Of a stretch of DNA of 64,000 nucleotides, positions 1 through 15,452 are shown in pieces. Within the stretch, counting starts at the first letter, position 1. Every line of letters starts with the position of its first letter. A program made the translations under genes and the position numbers. The stretch is taken from the NCBI GenBank assembly GCA_951406725.2, contig OX597830.1:54746001-54810000 (forward strand). The letters are read 5' to 3'. The notes below the pieces were generated by a model, which was given only the letters and a program-made list of their open reading frames with translations, was not told the origin of the DNA and made no database searches. Source of the DNA: Octopus vulgaris (Eukaryota).

Positions 1-2042
1 GTTTACACATTCGGTGAATTACAGTTTGGGGTTCATTATATAATTTCCGACTCTTTTCTATCGGATCACACAAAATAGATTGGATGTGTAGCGGGTATGT
101 GGGGAAGGAAAAGGTTAAAGAAGGGAGAGGAGGCGAACAAAAGTTAAGAAAAATTTATTTTTGGAAAAAAAAATTCTTCAGATGGTGGTACATGAAGAGA
201 ACTAGCCCCTTTCTTTTCCAATGATGTGCGGGGCATCTGTTCCAAAACTCAACCGATTTTCCTTTTTTAATATTTTGGTAAAATTCGTTACAATATCTAA
301 TTTGCTTCCATCTATTTAACATTATGAGTTCAAATTCTGGTGTGGCGTCGATAATTCACCCCCTTCGGCCACCCAGCTCTTTCGAAACAAATCTTCGAGG
401 AAAAAGAGTGTCGGTGTTAAACCTGGGGGCAACAGAATGGTCTATACTAAAGCTACCCAAGAACGGTCCTTGAAGGGCCAGGCGATGGTGTTAACTGACT
501 GTCTGATATTCTACAGAAATGCTATACTCTTTTTAACTTAATTATTCACCGTAAACTCCGTCAGTAACTCGTAAACCTGGCCATGACGATCCTTCCAAAA
601 GATACACTTAACCCCAGTGTATAGTATCTTAATGAAAATATATTTTGCTTTTAGAAAATTCAACATTATGGTTCAGAAGCTCACTTAACGACCGCATGGT
701 TTCGGGTTCAGTCCCACTGTATGGCATGTTGATCAAATGTCTTCAACAGCTCTAACTCCAGGCTGACCGATGCCTTGTGAGTGAATCTGGGTGGAAGCTA
801 TCGTGTGTGTATGTAGGAAGTGTGTGTTTGTGCTTGTTACCACTTGAGAGCAGGTGTTGGTTTGTTTATGTCCTCTTGGCTGTTCAGCATAAAGAGACAT
901 CGACAGAATAAATGTGAAGCTTTTAAAAAAATAAGTTGTAGTTTGTGTGATTCATTCAACGAAAACTCTTCAATGTGGTGCACCAGCATGGCCGCAGTCT
1001 AATGACTGAAACAAGTAAAAGATTTTCGATAACATACGTAGCCATAAACTTCCTTATCCTATTTATTTCTCATTTAAAATATTTTTCAAAAATGAAATTA
1101 AAGCAATTTTTAGGAAATATTTTTTTTTATAAATTCTAAATTTCTGAAGTTTAAAAAAAAAAAAGAAGAAAACTGTCGACTCCCTACCATCTTAGGATTT
1201 TATGCAAATAAGTACCCAAAACAATATTCTTTTACCAGTTTTACTCACTGAGTTCTGGTCATGCTGGAGTATATCTTTCAAAGCTATTTTATTCTATTTA
1301 TGTATTTAGCCTATCATATATTGATGCCCAGAACTTCGGTCAGTCTGGTACTTAATCGGCTTCAAATTTTGGTACAAGGTCAGCAATATATGGGGACGGG
1401 ACAAGTTGATTACATCGACCCCAGTGCTGAACTTGTACTTATTTTATCGACCCCGAAAGGATAAAAGGCAAATCGACCTTGGCGGAATTTGAACTGAATA
1501 CACTAAGACAGACGAAGCATTTTCTCCTGTATGCTTAAATTCTGCCAGCTCGCTGCCTTAATAGGGGATCATATATTGATGCCCCAAACCTGTCTGTCTT
1601 GTACTGTTGAACTGCTAAGTCACAAGGCATAAACAAATAAAAAAAAACCTAGTTTATCTTATTGGTTCTTTTTCATCAGTGTAAATATAAACGTACATGA
1701 ACACGTAAACAATAGCTCAGCTGATAAGGAAATGTCTGTCTGTTTAGATTAGAACTGTTATTGTGTTGTTTATTTTCCAACTCTTTTGGGGTTTAGTCTG
1801 TTCTTCAGCACACGTGGACACAATGTCACACACACACACACACACACACACACAGCAAAGCAAATAAATTAGCCTTTACGTGATTGTTGAAGAGAGTCTG
1901 TTAGAAATAGCAGCTGAATCTCCCCTCAAATCCCACTCTACCATCTTAAATAAGGAAGGCAAGTCTGGATAATATAGTCATACAGGACTTTAAAAAAGAC
2001 ATGACACACACACACACACACACACACATATGTATACACATA

Positions 2043-2675
2043 CAGGGTCCTGTGAATAAATTGTCTAAATTACATAAAAGTGAAAATAACATTGACGTCT
2101 CATTTTAACAGACATATTTACCAAAATTACATAAAAATATCTTGAAATACTAAAGAGTAAATTTATTCAATAAAATCTCCATTGGCTTAAACCACGGCCT
2201 CCAGACGACTTCAGCATCTCCTTGTTTAAGTTGGTGAATGCTGCCATAATCTTGCCTTCAGTTCATCTTTGGTGTTACAAGGAGTTTTGTTGGTCTCTCG
2301 CTCAACTGCGCCCCACACATAATAATCAAGGGGGTTGCAGTCAGGGTGGGATGGGGGTGGGGTTAGGTGGCCAGTGTTAGGGGTGATGTGGTTGCAGAAA
2401 TTGTCTCACAGCCATGACCGGGTTCTCCTGCTTGTGGGGCATGGTACAGAGTCCTGATGCCAGATATAGGGTCTTCCAGCAGCCACCCTCTTGACCCAAG
2501 GCAGCACTACCTCCTCCAGGCATTTGATGTAGGCATCCGTGTTAAGTCTGAAGCCACGTGGGAGTCTGAGGCCATATGGGAAGATGAATGGAGGCATAAC
2601 GTTGCCCTCATAGTGATAACTCCAAACACTATGATGTTGACTGGATGTTTGATTTTTATCACTCTCGGTACATGT
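2043..2675 (-). mobile_element. Tc1/mariner-superfamily (DD37D-like) transposon fragment, one TIR
   Basis: TA+cagggtcctgtgaataaattgtc TIR; minus strand encodes LNTDAYIKCLEEVVLPWVKRVAAGRPYIWHQDSVPC...DCNPLDYYVWG; homologous to 59334-60052. Confidence 0.85.
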
Positions 2676-2676
2676 C

Positions 2677-2855
2677 CTCAGATTGTATCCGGTCTGCATG
2701 TCATTCAGCTTTGTGTGCTGGTAGTGCAGGGCTTGGAACTTCCCTGCATTAAACTGCATGTTGTTGTCCTCAGCCCACCTGTATATTGTATCCAACTCCC
2801 ATTGCAGACGTGCAATATTTCCAGGGTTTTGTATTGTCTGAAAGACTTATACAGC
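2677..2855 (-). mobile_element. CR1/L2-clade LINE reverse transcriptase fragment
   Basis: LQWELDTIYRWAEDNNMQFNAGKFQALHY matches the LQxDLxxxxxWxxxNxMxFNxxK RT C-terminal motif. Confidence 0.75.
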
Positions 2856-4046
2856 ACAAAAAAGTGATGGTTTGTTGCCAACTTAATGTGGCAGTCCCAG
2901 GAAAGGGAAGAATACTACTGCTGTTTAACCCCAGGAAACATCGTTTGCAGTTGGTTATGTGACACAAGAGATTTAGAAATGCAATATTTCTCACTAGTGC
3001 TGGTGGCATGAAAAAAAAAGAGGCATCGAATGCATGCAGGAAAATGGTTGATGTTAGGATGGGCATTCAGCTGTAGAGACCATGCCAAAGCTGACATTGG
3101 AGTTGTTGCAGTCTAGCAGCTTGTTGAATTCTGTAAAACCTTCCAGTTGATGCCAGCATGGAAGTCAAAGATGATATATAGGAGAGAGGGAGAGAGAGAG
3201 AGAGAGCAAACAAGAGGTTTGAATTTATCTAGAAAGCAAAAGGTGATCAATGCTAAAGATCAATAAACTTTATAATTGGAAACAAAAACATGAAAAGAAA
3301 AACTCCCAAAAAAGCAACCTGCTCTCCATATGAGACAAGCTGTTGTATTATATGCAGTGTGTGTGTGTGTGTGTGTGTGCATAGTGGTTTAAATAATTAA
3401 CATGTAAAAACACTTAGCTATAATGTACCAGCTGATTTAGATAATGGATCTCAACTTCCATCTGGTGACAGATGGGAGAACTAACTTCCTTACTAAGGGA
3501 AATAATCAAATAATATCTATATATTGGAATATACTTTTGTTGTTGTTTAGACCACCATAGTAATATGTGATGACCGCAGGAGAGAAGAATGGTTAGATGG
3601 TTTGAGTGACCATCATGAGGTCACAAGTTTGATCTGAGAGCAGGGCATCTTGGGCAAGGTGTCTTTTAGTATAGCCTTGAGTCAATCCACATGGCTGCCC
3701 TTCACAGATGACATTCTGTCCAACATAGTTGCCCTTCACTGATAGATTTGTCTTCTACACACTCAGCTACTACAACTTCATGGCAAGCACTCACCTTCAA
3801 TTCTCTTCTGAGCACCACCACCACCACAATCACCACTGCCACCATCACCATCATAACACAAATCAATGAACAACGAAAAAGTTTCACAAAGGGACAGACA
3901 CAGCTGTGTGGTAAGAAGCTTGCTTCTCAACCACATGGTTCTGGATTCACTGTGTGGCACCTTGGGCAAGTTCTTCTACTATAGTCTCGGGCCTACCAAA
4001 GCCTTGTGAGTGGATTTGGCAGACAGAAACTGAAAGAAGCCCGTTT

Positions 4047-4087
<41 letters not shown>

Positions 4088-4539
4088 ATCTTTGTGTTTA
4101 TCCTGCACTACCTCTTGACAACCAATGCTGGTTTGTTTACATCCCCATAACCTAGCGGTTGGCCAAAAAGAGATTAATAGAATAAGTACCTAGCTTAAAA
4201 AGAGTACTGGAGGCAATTCATTTGGCTAAAAGTTCTTCAGACAAAATTTTTTTAAATAGTTGAAAAGTTAAACTCATTCCAGAATCACAATTTAAAAGAA
4301 AATAAGACATTTTGGTAATGTAATTGGCAATAAATTATATTAAAAAATGACCGAATGGCCATGGTTAGATTGTCTGTGGTCATTGTTTCATCAAAGCTGA
4401 CTTCCCTACTTAAATAACAACAACACTATTCTCCTTTACAAGTCAGATCCAGAATCTCAATGGTGTTAGAAATAGCAGCCAAATCTCCTTCCATGTCATA
4501 TTTTACTATCTGTATGGCATGTATATATGTGTGTGTGTG

Positions 4540-4975
4540 GCGAGAAGGCCAGAGTGATATGCAGTGATATATATTTGGGAGATCTTGGAGGGTTTAGCTC
4601 CCAATTTTAGAATTGACAGTTATACCAATCCTCAAACTGGATGGCACTGCATCATACCAAAGATCCCATCTTCCCCATCTAAAATAAGGACACAGTACTG
4701 CAATAGTCTGGGTTTCAAGGGCCCGCAATGGTTCAACATCATTCCAGGCAACCTTAGAGATCTACATGGTGTTGATGTGGAAGTTTTCAAGGAACATCTG
4801 AACAGGTTTCTTTCTGAGATGCCAGATGAACCCACATCATGTCAGGAGATGCAAAGAAGGGCAGCTCCGTCTGCGTCGATACTTCACCAAAAACAATACT
4901 GGAAGCAACACTGAGTAACTGAGTAACTTCAGGTGGTGCTCCAGCGTGACCTCAGCCCTGGGCTGAAACCAGTAG
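4540..4975 (+). mobile_element. CR1/L2-clade LINE 3' end
   Basis: IYIWEILEGLAPNF...NSLGFKGPQWFNIIPGNLRDL...VFKEHLNRFLSEMPDEP, typical ORF2 C-terminus, followed by a short 3' UTR. Confidence 0.8.
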
Positions 4976-5179
4976 AAGATATATGTAAATGTATGTATAT
5001 ATATATATACGTGTGTGTGTGTGTGTGTGTGTATGTGTGTGCATGTGTGTGTGTGTGTATATGTGTGTGCATGTGTGTGTGTGTATATATGTGTGTATAT
5101 ATGTGTGTGTGTATATATGTATGTGTGTGTGTGAGTGTGTATATATGTGTGTGTGCATGTGTGTATACACACACACACA

Positions 5180-5340
5180 TGAAGAGATAGTGGTGTGGAT
5201 TTCCACCTTGGCATCCAAAACTCAGAGTTTTATCTTGGCTACCGAGTAATTGTCACATATTATTTTTACAGATAAATTCCTCTATTTACATAATATTGAG
5301 GTCTCTTTCTTTCTTTTATTATCTTACCGTTTTTACCAAT
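5180..5340. mobile_element. Short interspersed repeat, possibly Penelope terminal-repeat type; second copy at 6215-6485
   Basis: Clear similarity to 6215-6485 (cagagttttatcttggcta...taatattgaggtc...atcttaccgtttttaccaat). Family assignment is inference. Confidence 0.45.
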
Positions 5341-6551
5341 ATGTATATATATATATATATATATATAGAATACATGTTTTATATATAAAGAACGTGAAAT
5401 ACAGGAAGGGACAAACACGGAACACAGACAAATCATTCGAAGCCTTCAATCTTCAGTCAGACACCGAATCATCATAGCAAATTTCGGCTGTTCAATTCTG
5501 ATATTTGCTCCAACTCGGCCAGCCCCAAGAAAAAAAACTAAGCTGTAAGCATTAGATTTCTTGGTAGAAGACAGGAATGTGAACGCACGAGACGGATGTA
5601 AATACGAGAGACGAAAACGAAATTGAAAACGGTAACGGTTAAACAAAATATAATATAACGGTGGTTGTCATACGACTTTAGACCAAATGAGACAAAAGGT
5701 GTGTGTGTGTGTGTGTGTACATTTTCTATGAATTTTTTCTCCAAATGCAACCAAACAGATGTTTTGTTTAGGAAAGCATGTTCAATAAAATCTATACACA
5801 GTAAACTATGTTAAGCACATCATATTCTGAAGATTCAAACAAACTGACTCCCTATTGTCAACTGGTATGGGGACAATCACAATCACACAGGCACATATAC
5901 ATATATATATATCATCATCATCATCATCGTTTAACGTTCGTTCTCCATGCTAGAATGGGTTGGATGCTTCGACCAGGGATCTGGGAAGCCAGAAGGCTGC
6001 ACCAGGCTCCAGTCTTATCTGGCAATGTTTCTACAGCTGGATGCCCTTCCTAATGCCAACCACTCCATGAGTGTAGTGGGTGCTTTTTACGTGTCACCCA
6101 CACAGGTGCCAGGCAAGGCTGGCAACGGCTACAGTCGGATTGGTGCATTTTACGTTCCACCAGCACATATCTGTAAATTAATATGTTACCATTATTCAAT
6201 AGCCAAGATAAAACCAAAGAGATGGCGTTTTCACTTTGGCATCCGATACGCAGAGTTTTATCTTGGCTATTGAATAATGGTAACATATTAATTTACAGAT
6301 AAATTTCCTCTCTTTACTATTCTTATTAATCTCTAGAAGCTTAAACCATCCAACCACCTCTTGGGTATCAGACCAGATGGCTAATCTAATTTTAGACTTA
6401 AGGACGGGTATTACCCTATCAATGATTTTTTTTACTAATATTGAGGTCGCTTTCTTTCTTTTGTTATCTTACCGTTTTTACCAATATATATATATATATT
6501 TTATTTTTATTTATTTATCTAGTTTCAGCTCACAAGCTGTGGCCATGCTGG

Positions 6552-6604
<53 letters not shown>

Positions 6605-7021
6605 GTATGACAGGCTCTTCTACAAAGTTTCCATCTCCCAGATCCACTTACGAGGCATTGGTCAGTGTGACATTTGCTCAAGGTGTCAAGCAATGAGACT
6701 GAAATGAAAACCATGTGGTTGTGAAACAAACTTCTTAATCACGCTGCTTTGTTTGCTCTTTCTAGCAGGTCCAGTGACCATCTAGAATGTTGATTGTGGA
6801 CGGACTATTGTTGTTGATGTTGTTGATAATGCTATTGTCATTGGTTAGTTCCAAGAGACCATACTGTAGCAGTCCTCTTGATGTGTAGGTAACTAATGGC
6901 TCACTCACTCACACACACACACACAAATACACACATACACACACACACACACACACACTCTTACACACACACGCACATGTATGCACACACACACTCACAC
7001 TCTCACACAAACAAACCCACA

Positions 7022-7059
<38 letters not shown>

Positions 7060-7204
7060 TACACAAACATATGCACAAACACACACCCACTCTCTCACAC
7101 ACACATTCACTCACACACACTCTCTCTCTCATTCACACTCACACAAGGGCTGGACAAGGACATTAATGAAATGAATGATGACGAAACAAGGATGATAAGG
7201 ATGG

Positions 7205-8365
7205 GAGAAGACAAAAAGCACCTGCCGACTTTTGCTTCTCTAAAAACAAACACAAAACGAGGTATTAAACCTCTTACAGTTTTTACAATTTTTTCAGTAT
7301 TTTGGACTTCATAGTCCATTACAAATAATAACATAGTTCACAAAACTCAATTATCCTCCTCCCCGACCAGGCTGTATGCTACCCTTAGGCACTGCTCCAG
7401 CTCCAGGTCAGGGCCCCAGAATGCAAATCTGAACATGTCATTTGAGAAGGCGCCCTCACTCTGAACATAGCAACATCTGATATGACCTTCGTAGTCACCT
7501 GTGAAGGCCAATCCTCGTCCTCTGTCCAGGGCATGGGCTTCTCTCTCCAGCCATCCAGCTTCTCTACGAAGCTCTGTATTGCCCCTCCCTTCTGGAAGAA
7601 GATGACAAAATCATCTTTCCTCCATATGGGAGGAGCTGCTGTTTCCTCTGTCAGTGGCACACATCCCACCGACAAAGTTTCCGGGCATGCCAGCAGTTCA
7701 TCATCAACTGCGGGCAATGTCCCGTTCTTCTTTTTACATTTCTTCTTTTCCTTCACAATGAGAGGATGGAGTTCCTCTGTCATGTCTGGAAGTCCTTCCA
7801 TTCCTCCTGCCACCTCAGGAGCCATTGGTGGGCAACCATTGTTGCCCACCTTCTTTCTTTTTTTCCTTTTCTTTTTCGATGGGGTTGCCTCCCCCTCGAC
7901 TTCTTCCCTCTCTCCCTCCACCCCCAATAGGGGTTCAGGGGGTTCTTCTATTAACTGTTCCAGGACATTTGCTTGGTTCCAGTGGCAGTTTTTCTTTATG
8001 TGGCCCAATTCCAGGCACAGATGACACTTGGGGGGGTGTGTCCCTCAAGGATCACCAGGTACCTGGAACCAGCCATTGTTAGAAAATCTGACAAAGCCAG
8101 ATTATCGGCTGATTGGGTCCATAGGGTCAAAATTGCTTTTGACCCTACCCAATGAGCTGCAGGGAGAATTCTGACATTCAAGAGCCTGGCAGTGCTGCCA
8201 CCTAGACCCAGACAGATAGTGTCTTCTATCTATTTGGGCTCTATACTGGGTGGCAGCCCACACACCCAAGCTCTTGTCAGCCTCCTCCCTTCATAAGTGG
8301 GAAGAAACAAAATTTTCTCCCCTTCCAATGGTTGGCTTGTGAAATCCCAAGCCTCCACGGGGCTG
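7205..8365 (-). mobile_element. L1/Tx1-like ORF1 (gag-like zinc knuckle) relic
   Basis: Minus strand KCHLCLELGHIKKNC (CX2CX4HX4C) near 7984-8028, followed by Lys/Glu-rich low-complexity sequence; upstream frames broken by shifts and stops. Confidence 0.65.
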
Positions 8366-8460
8366 TGTCAAACAAAACACACACTTTTTATATAGAAGAT
8401 CAAAAATTAATTCACAGATGCTAAAAAGAGAAACGAACATGCAATGCAGCATGAAAAGTA

Positions 8461-9420
8461 CTAAAAATAACCATTTACAGTGTTGTGTATGCCTGCTTCT
8501 TTTATATATTGGATTTTTTCACGGTACCCAGCCCTAGCTAGAGTAGCGTTATGATAAGTTCCATGCGATTCTAAAATTTTATTATTAGCAGATAATCTAG
8601 AGATTCTTGTAGAAATATTCTTAACTAGTCCCCGTATAATCGAGGGTGGATGGTTGGATGCTATGTTAATGTATTTATGAAATGGTTCAAATAATCCAGT
8701 ATCAAGACAGAAGGTAGCGTCAAGAAAATTCATTCTCCAATAATCTTTACCCATAGTCTTCCTATGCCTTTCTAACTGTACTTTACTACTTCTGTCCAGC
8801 AAAAATAAGGTGTCATCTCTATGTAAATCCCCGTTACTTCCAGAAAGAAAGACTGGATTAATGAAAGGATATATATTCCAACTCAGTCACTGGCTTGAGC
8901 AGAATCCTATGAGCCCATTGCTATATCAAATGCAGTCTCCTTATCTAATCTACTCCATAATCTACCATCAAAATCTATTAGAGTGGCTCATGCGGCAAGT
9001 ATAATAGCTATTTTACATTGGGACAAATTGGAATTTTTCATGCTAAAAATCAGGGCTTGATTAAGAATGATTGGGTTGATAGTGGCATAATAGCTCTCTA
9101 TATCTAGTTGCAAAAATTTACTATTCTTATTAATCTCTCGAAGCTTAAACTATCCAACCACCTCTTGGGTATCAGACCAGATGGCTAATCTAATTTTAGA
9201 CTTAAGGACGGGTATTACCGTATCAATGATTTTTTTTGACTAATAATGCCTATAATGGATTTAGGAGAAATCAATATGAGGGGTCAATGAGAAAGTTAGG
9301 TTTATGGTCCTAAAGTATAATCCAAGGTTTTCGAGGGATGTAGGATGCGGTTCTATCATCTATAGTTAGATCTCTGACAATTTGTAGCCCTGTATTGGTA
9401 ATTCTTTTTAATACATCATT
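8461..9420 (-). mobile_element. Penelope-like element reverse transcriptase relic
   Basis: NFLDATFCLDTGLFEPFHKYINIASNHPPSIIRGLVKNISTRISRLS matches the PLE RT FLD...SNHP region; MGSxDS and YxDD-like remnants upstream. Confidence 0.8.
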
Positions 9421-9459
9421 ACATACACACATATATATATACAAATATATATATATATA

Positions 9460-9562
<103 letters not shown>

Positions 9563-10219
9563 TTTAGTGTACACAGTATTTTAAATAAATCCTGCTAATA
9601 GTTTCTTGCCAAAAGACACTGATTAGAGGGATGTATATAACAACCCTTGTTTCTCCAAGTAATCTTCAGCTGAAGATTATTTGGAGACTCAAAGCATGTT
9701 ATGTAGACCTGTCTAATCACAATGTCTTTTTTTGGAAGTAATTATTGGTAGGTCTTATTTAAAATGATTTGTACATTACACAATATTTATTTCTCACTGG
9801 ATGGAGTGATATATATATTTACAAGACTGTGAGCTGGCCGAAATGTTAGCACACCAGGTGAAATGCATAGCATTATTTTGTCTGTCTTTATGTCCTGAGT
9901 TCAAATTCTGCCAAGGTTGGCTTTGCCTTTCATCCTTTTGAGGTCGATAAATTTGGTACCAGTTGCATACTGGGATTGATCTAATCAACTGGCCCTCTCC
10001 CCAAAAATTCTAGGCCTTGTGCTTCGAGTAGAAAAGAATATATATATTAAAATAAAATAATATATACATATGTATATCATTATATATTTCTCACACTGAT
10101 AATTACATTTTACAAAGCCTGCTCTATGTATGTAAGTATATATATATATGTATGCATGTAAGAATACATATGTGTATATACATATATATTTATATATAGG
10201 TGTGGTTATGAGTTTGTGA

Positions 10220-10262
<43 letters not shown>

Positions 10263-10281
10263 TGTGGTTATGAGTTCGTGA

Positions 10282-10319
<38 letters not shown>

Positions 10320-10984
10320 GTTGTGAGTTGGTGTGCATGTCTATATATATATATATACATACATATGTTTGTGTGTGTGTGTATATATGTGCGTGCGTGT
10401 GTGTGTTTTATTTTGGGAAAGAGACAGGTGGCTTGCAAGAAAATAAAAATTTCCAGGGAAGACTAACAGAGCACACACTCACACACACAGACATGGGAAT
10501 TGCAAACTATATTTTCTCTATAGACTAAGTGAAGCATGCATCTAACTACAATACTACCAGGCCGTTGGAGTTAAAAGGGGCACAGTCACAACAGCTGGTA
10601 GTGATGTCTGCCAGAGAAAATTAGATAAAAAAATATTCCTCTCCAACTTCCACTCTACATTTTGATCTTGGGGCTTCTTTTTCTCTGTTTTCTCTGGGTT
10701 TTAGAAGAACATCTCTTCACCTACCACCACCACCTTCTTCTTATCATAAATTATAATGTAACTTATCATTTTTTAAAGTTTTATTAAGGTGGGGAACTAA
10801 TAGTTTTTTTCCAAAAGATATTGTGATTAGACAGATCTATATAACATGCCTTGTGTCTCCAAGTAATCTTATTAGAGTGTTGAACAAAGTGCTTCAAGAT
10901 ATTTCTTCCAATATCCTGCCAAGGATTAGAATCGAAGGGCCTTAGAGTCAACCTAGCTAAAACCAAAGTCCTAATAAGTAGGAA

Positions 10985-11935
10985 GGTAGACAAGTCACAA
11001 ACGCCTTCAGGTAGATGGCCTTGCTCAATCTATAGAAAAGGTGTAGGTAGAAACTCTATAAGATGCACCAAGTGTAAGCTATGGACACATAAGAGGTGCA
11101 ACAACGTCAAAGGAAGGCTAACTAGGAAGATAGTTTTTGTATGTGGCAGATGCTCAGGAGCAATAAACACTGAAAATGCGCAGAGACCAACTTCCGCCAC
11201 ATTCCAGGGAGAAAAACTAGAAATAGTTGATAGCTTCCGTTACCTAGGTGACCAAGTCAGTAGCAGGGGTGGGTGTGTTGAAAGTGTAACTGCTAGAGTA
11301 AGAATAGCCTGGGCAAAGTTCAGAGAGCTCTTACCTCTGCTGGTGACAAAAGGCCTCTCGCTCAGAGTAAAAGGCAGACTGTATGATGCATGTGTACGAA
11401 CAGCCATGCTACATGGCAGTGAAACATGGGCCATGACTGCTGAGGATATGCGTAAGCTTGCAAGAAATGAAGCCAGTATGCTCCGATGGATGTGTAATGT
11501 CAGTGTTCATACCCGACAGAGTATAAGTACCTTGAGAGAAAAGTTGCACCTAAGAAGCATCAGTTGTAGTGTGCAAGAGAGACGTTTGCACTGGTGTGGT
11601 CATGTGGCGAGAATGAATGAAGATAGTTGTGTGAAAAACTGCCACACCCTAGTGGTTGAGGGAACCTGTGGAAGAGGTAGACCCAGGAAAACCTGGGACG
11701 AGGTGGTGAAGCATGACCTTCGAACTTTAGGTCTCACTGAGGAAATGACTAGAAACCAAGACCTTTGGAAGTATGCTGTGTGTGAGAAAACCCAGCAGGA
11801 CAAGTGAGGCCATAACCCATGGCCTCTACTTGGGATGTAGCCAGTCCACTTATGCATACCTTTTCTTCTTGGGACACAAAACTCTACTTGTGAAGACCTG
11901 TTGAGGCAAGTGAAAATCAAAAATAAAAATCGAAA
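10985..11935 (+). mobile_element. RTE-clade LINE 3' portion with Cys-rich (PHD-like) insert
   Basis: CTKCKLWTHKRC...FVCGRC then VDSFRYLGD...ARVRIAWAKFRELLPLL...KGRLYDACVRTAMLHGSETW...RRLHWCGHVARM...GRGRPRKTW, stop at 11807. Confidence 0.9.
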
Positions 11936-11949
11936 TCGATCAACATCGA

Positions 11950-12285
11950 TGGAAATTGTAGCTGTGATACCAGTGTCAGTGGCCCATAAGAGGACCATCC
12001 GAACGTGGCCGTTGCCAGCACCGCCCCGACTGGCCTCTGTGCCGGTGGCATGTAAAAAGCACCATCTGATTGTGGCCGTTTGCCAGCCTTGTCTGGCACC
12101 TGTTCCGGTGGCACGTAAAAAGCACCCACTACACTCACAAAGTGGTTGGCGTTAGGAAGGGCATCCAGCCGTAGAAACATTGCCAGATCAGACTGGGCCT
12201 GGTGCAGCCTTTTGGCTTCCCAGACCCTAGTTGAACCATCCAACCCATGCTAGCATGGAAAGCAGACGCTAAATGATGATGATGA
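11950..12285 (+). mobile_element. Abundant non-autonomous retro-repeat with (GAT)n tail
   Basis: aaaagcacccactacact...ggcgttaggaagggcatccagc...ccatgctagcatggaaagcggacgttaaa(tga)n; other copies near 5912-6165, 16425-16590, 21330-21910, 25730-25840, 29040-29190, 51770-51865, 53795-53945, 57670-58060. Confidence 0.75.
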
Positions 12286-13374
12286 TAATGATGTATGTCT
12301 ACACACACACACACAAAGATAAATTGTGTGGGCAAACAAAAATATGAGATACTGCCTAGTGTTTTTTTTTTATTTTGATATGCCTGGTACTTATTCTATC
12401 AGTTCTTCTTGTGAAACCAGTAAGTTATGGGGATATAAATAAACGAACACCAGTTGTGAGGCAGTGATGAGGGAGAAACTCAAAGACACACACACATAGA
12501 CTTACATATATACATACATATATATACGATTGATTTCTTTGAGTTTCTGTCTACAAAATCCACTGACAAGGCTTTGGTTGGTCTGAGGCTATAGCAGAAG
12601 ACACATGCCAAGTTACCACACAGTGGGACTGAACTGAGGACCATGTGTTTTGGAACGAAGTTTGTTACTACACAGCCAAACCTGCACCTATGTATGTGTG
12701 TGTGTGTGTGTGTGGGGTGGAAGGTGTGTGTATGGCTGTATATATGTGAATATATATGTGTACATATTACATGTACATCTATATATATATATACATCTAC
12801 ACATATACATGTATACATATACATCTATATGTATAGAAATAAATGTATACATATACAGCTATACACACACACACACACATACATAGGTGCAGGTGTGGCT
12901 GTGTGGTAACAAACTTCATTCCAAATCACATGGTCCTGGGTTTAAATTTAAATTTAAAATAATAAGGGTGTGAAATTGAATATTAATTTGATTAATATGA
13001 ATTGAAAACCAGTGGTGTAGCATATAAGACCATAGCCGAACTTCTTCTAGCAAAATGGATGTCCACTGTTAATGGTTCATCCCTCTTATATAATAGTTTG
13101 ACTTTAATAGTTTCAGTATTAAAGTGAAAGTATCCGACATTACAATAGAGAGATGTTTTTGTTTCACTTTTAACACGTAATGCTGAAATAGTGGAGAAGA
13201 TATGATATTGTTGTGGGCTCACCCTAGGCAAGAAGTTAGAAATGTTTTTGCCTATGACACTACATGGACTCTAAGTAAGCCATGTGTAAAATTTGAATGA
13301 AATTGGTTGCGTAGTACTCAAGTTTTAGGGAAACAGACAGACAGACAGATACACATTCTCACTTTTATATATAT

Positions 13375-14660
<1,286 letters not shown>

Positions 14661-15084
14661 GCATGGAAGTCGAACTTTAAATGATGCTGATGTTCTACAT
14701 TTACGAAAGACATCTCAAAGTATGTATTAATTTGTTAATCATCTTATCTTATTAGTTGGATGTAAACCAAAATCACTGTTTGTTCCATTGTTAACACGTG
14801 TCTGTATGGATTATAGTTTAGACATACACACGCACAGACATATATACACCACACAAATACACATATATACAGAAAGGTACATACAGAAAGGCACACACAC
14901 ACAACCTTGTAAGTACACAAAACACTCACATAAAATTTATATACACTTGTTCCTACACACGTTTTATCACACACATTGCTTCTCTTTCACACAGTTGTGT
15001 AGGTGGTTAGAGTCTTGTGTGCATCTGTTTGTGATTGCATGTGTGCGCACGTGTGTGTGTGTGTGTGTGTGGTGATAGTACCTC

Positions 15085-15452
15085 TATGTTTGAGTGGTGG
15101 TGTCTGTATGCTTTGAGTGGTGGTGTCTGTATGGTTGAATGGCGGTGTCTGTATGCTTTGTGTGGTGGTGTCGGTATGCTTTGAGTGGTGGTGTCTGTAT
15201 GCTTGAGTGGCAGTGTCTGTATACTTTGAGTGGTGGTGTCTGTATGCTTGAGTGGCAGTGTCTGTATGCTTTGAGTGGTGGTGTCTGCATGCTTTGAGTG
15301 ATGGTGTCTGTATGCTTTGAGTGGTGGTGTCTGTATGCTTTGAGTAGTGGTGTCTGTATGTTTTGAGTAGTGGTGTCTGTATGCTTTGAGTGGTGGTGTC
15401 TGTATGCTTTGACTGGCGATGTCTGTATGCTTTGAGTGGTGGTGTCTGTATG
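15085..15452. repeat. Minisatellite, 21-23 bp unit ttgagtggtggtgtctgtatgct, about 16 copies
   Basis: Head-to-tail diverged tandem units without unique spacers. Confidence 0.9.

Noticed and set aside
1748-1826. Signal-peptide-like frame IRTVIVLFIFQLFWGLVCSSA
   Set aside because: No in-frame ATG (TAG directly upstream) and no convincing phase-1 donor; T-rich sequence easily gives hydrophobic peptides.
2406-2795. 129-aa ORF as a novel RT-transposase fusion
   Set aside because: Accidental join of a LINE fragment and a frameshifted, truncated mariner relic.
15085-15452. Short regular repeats as a CRISPR array or repeat protein
   Set aside because: Head-to-tail units without unique spacers, eukaryotic context, no cas genes; a minisatellite.
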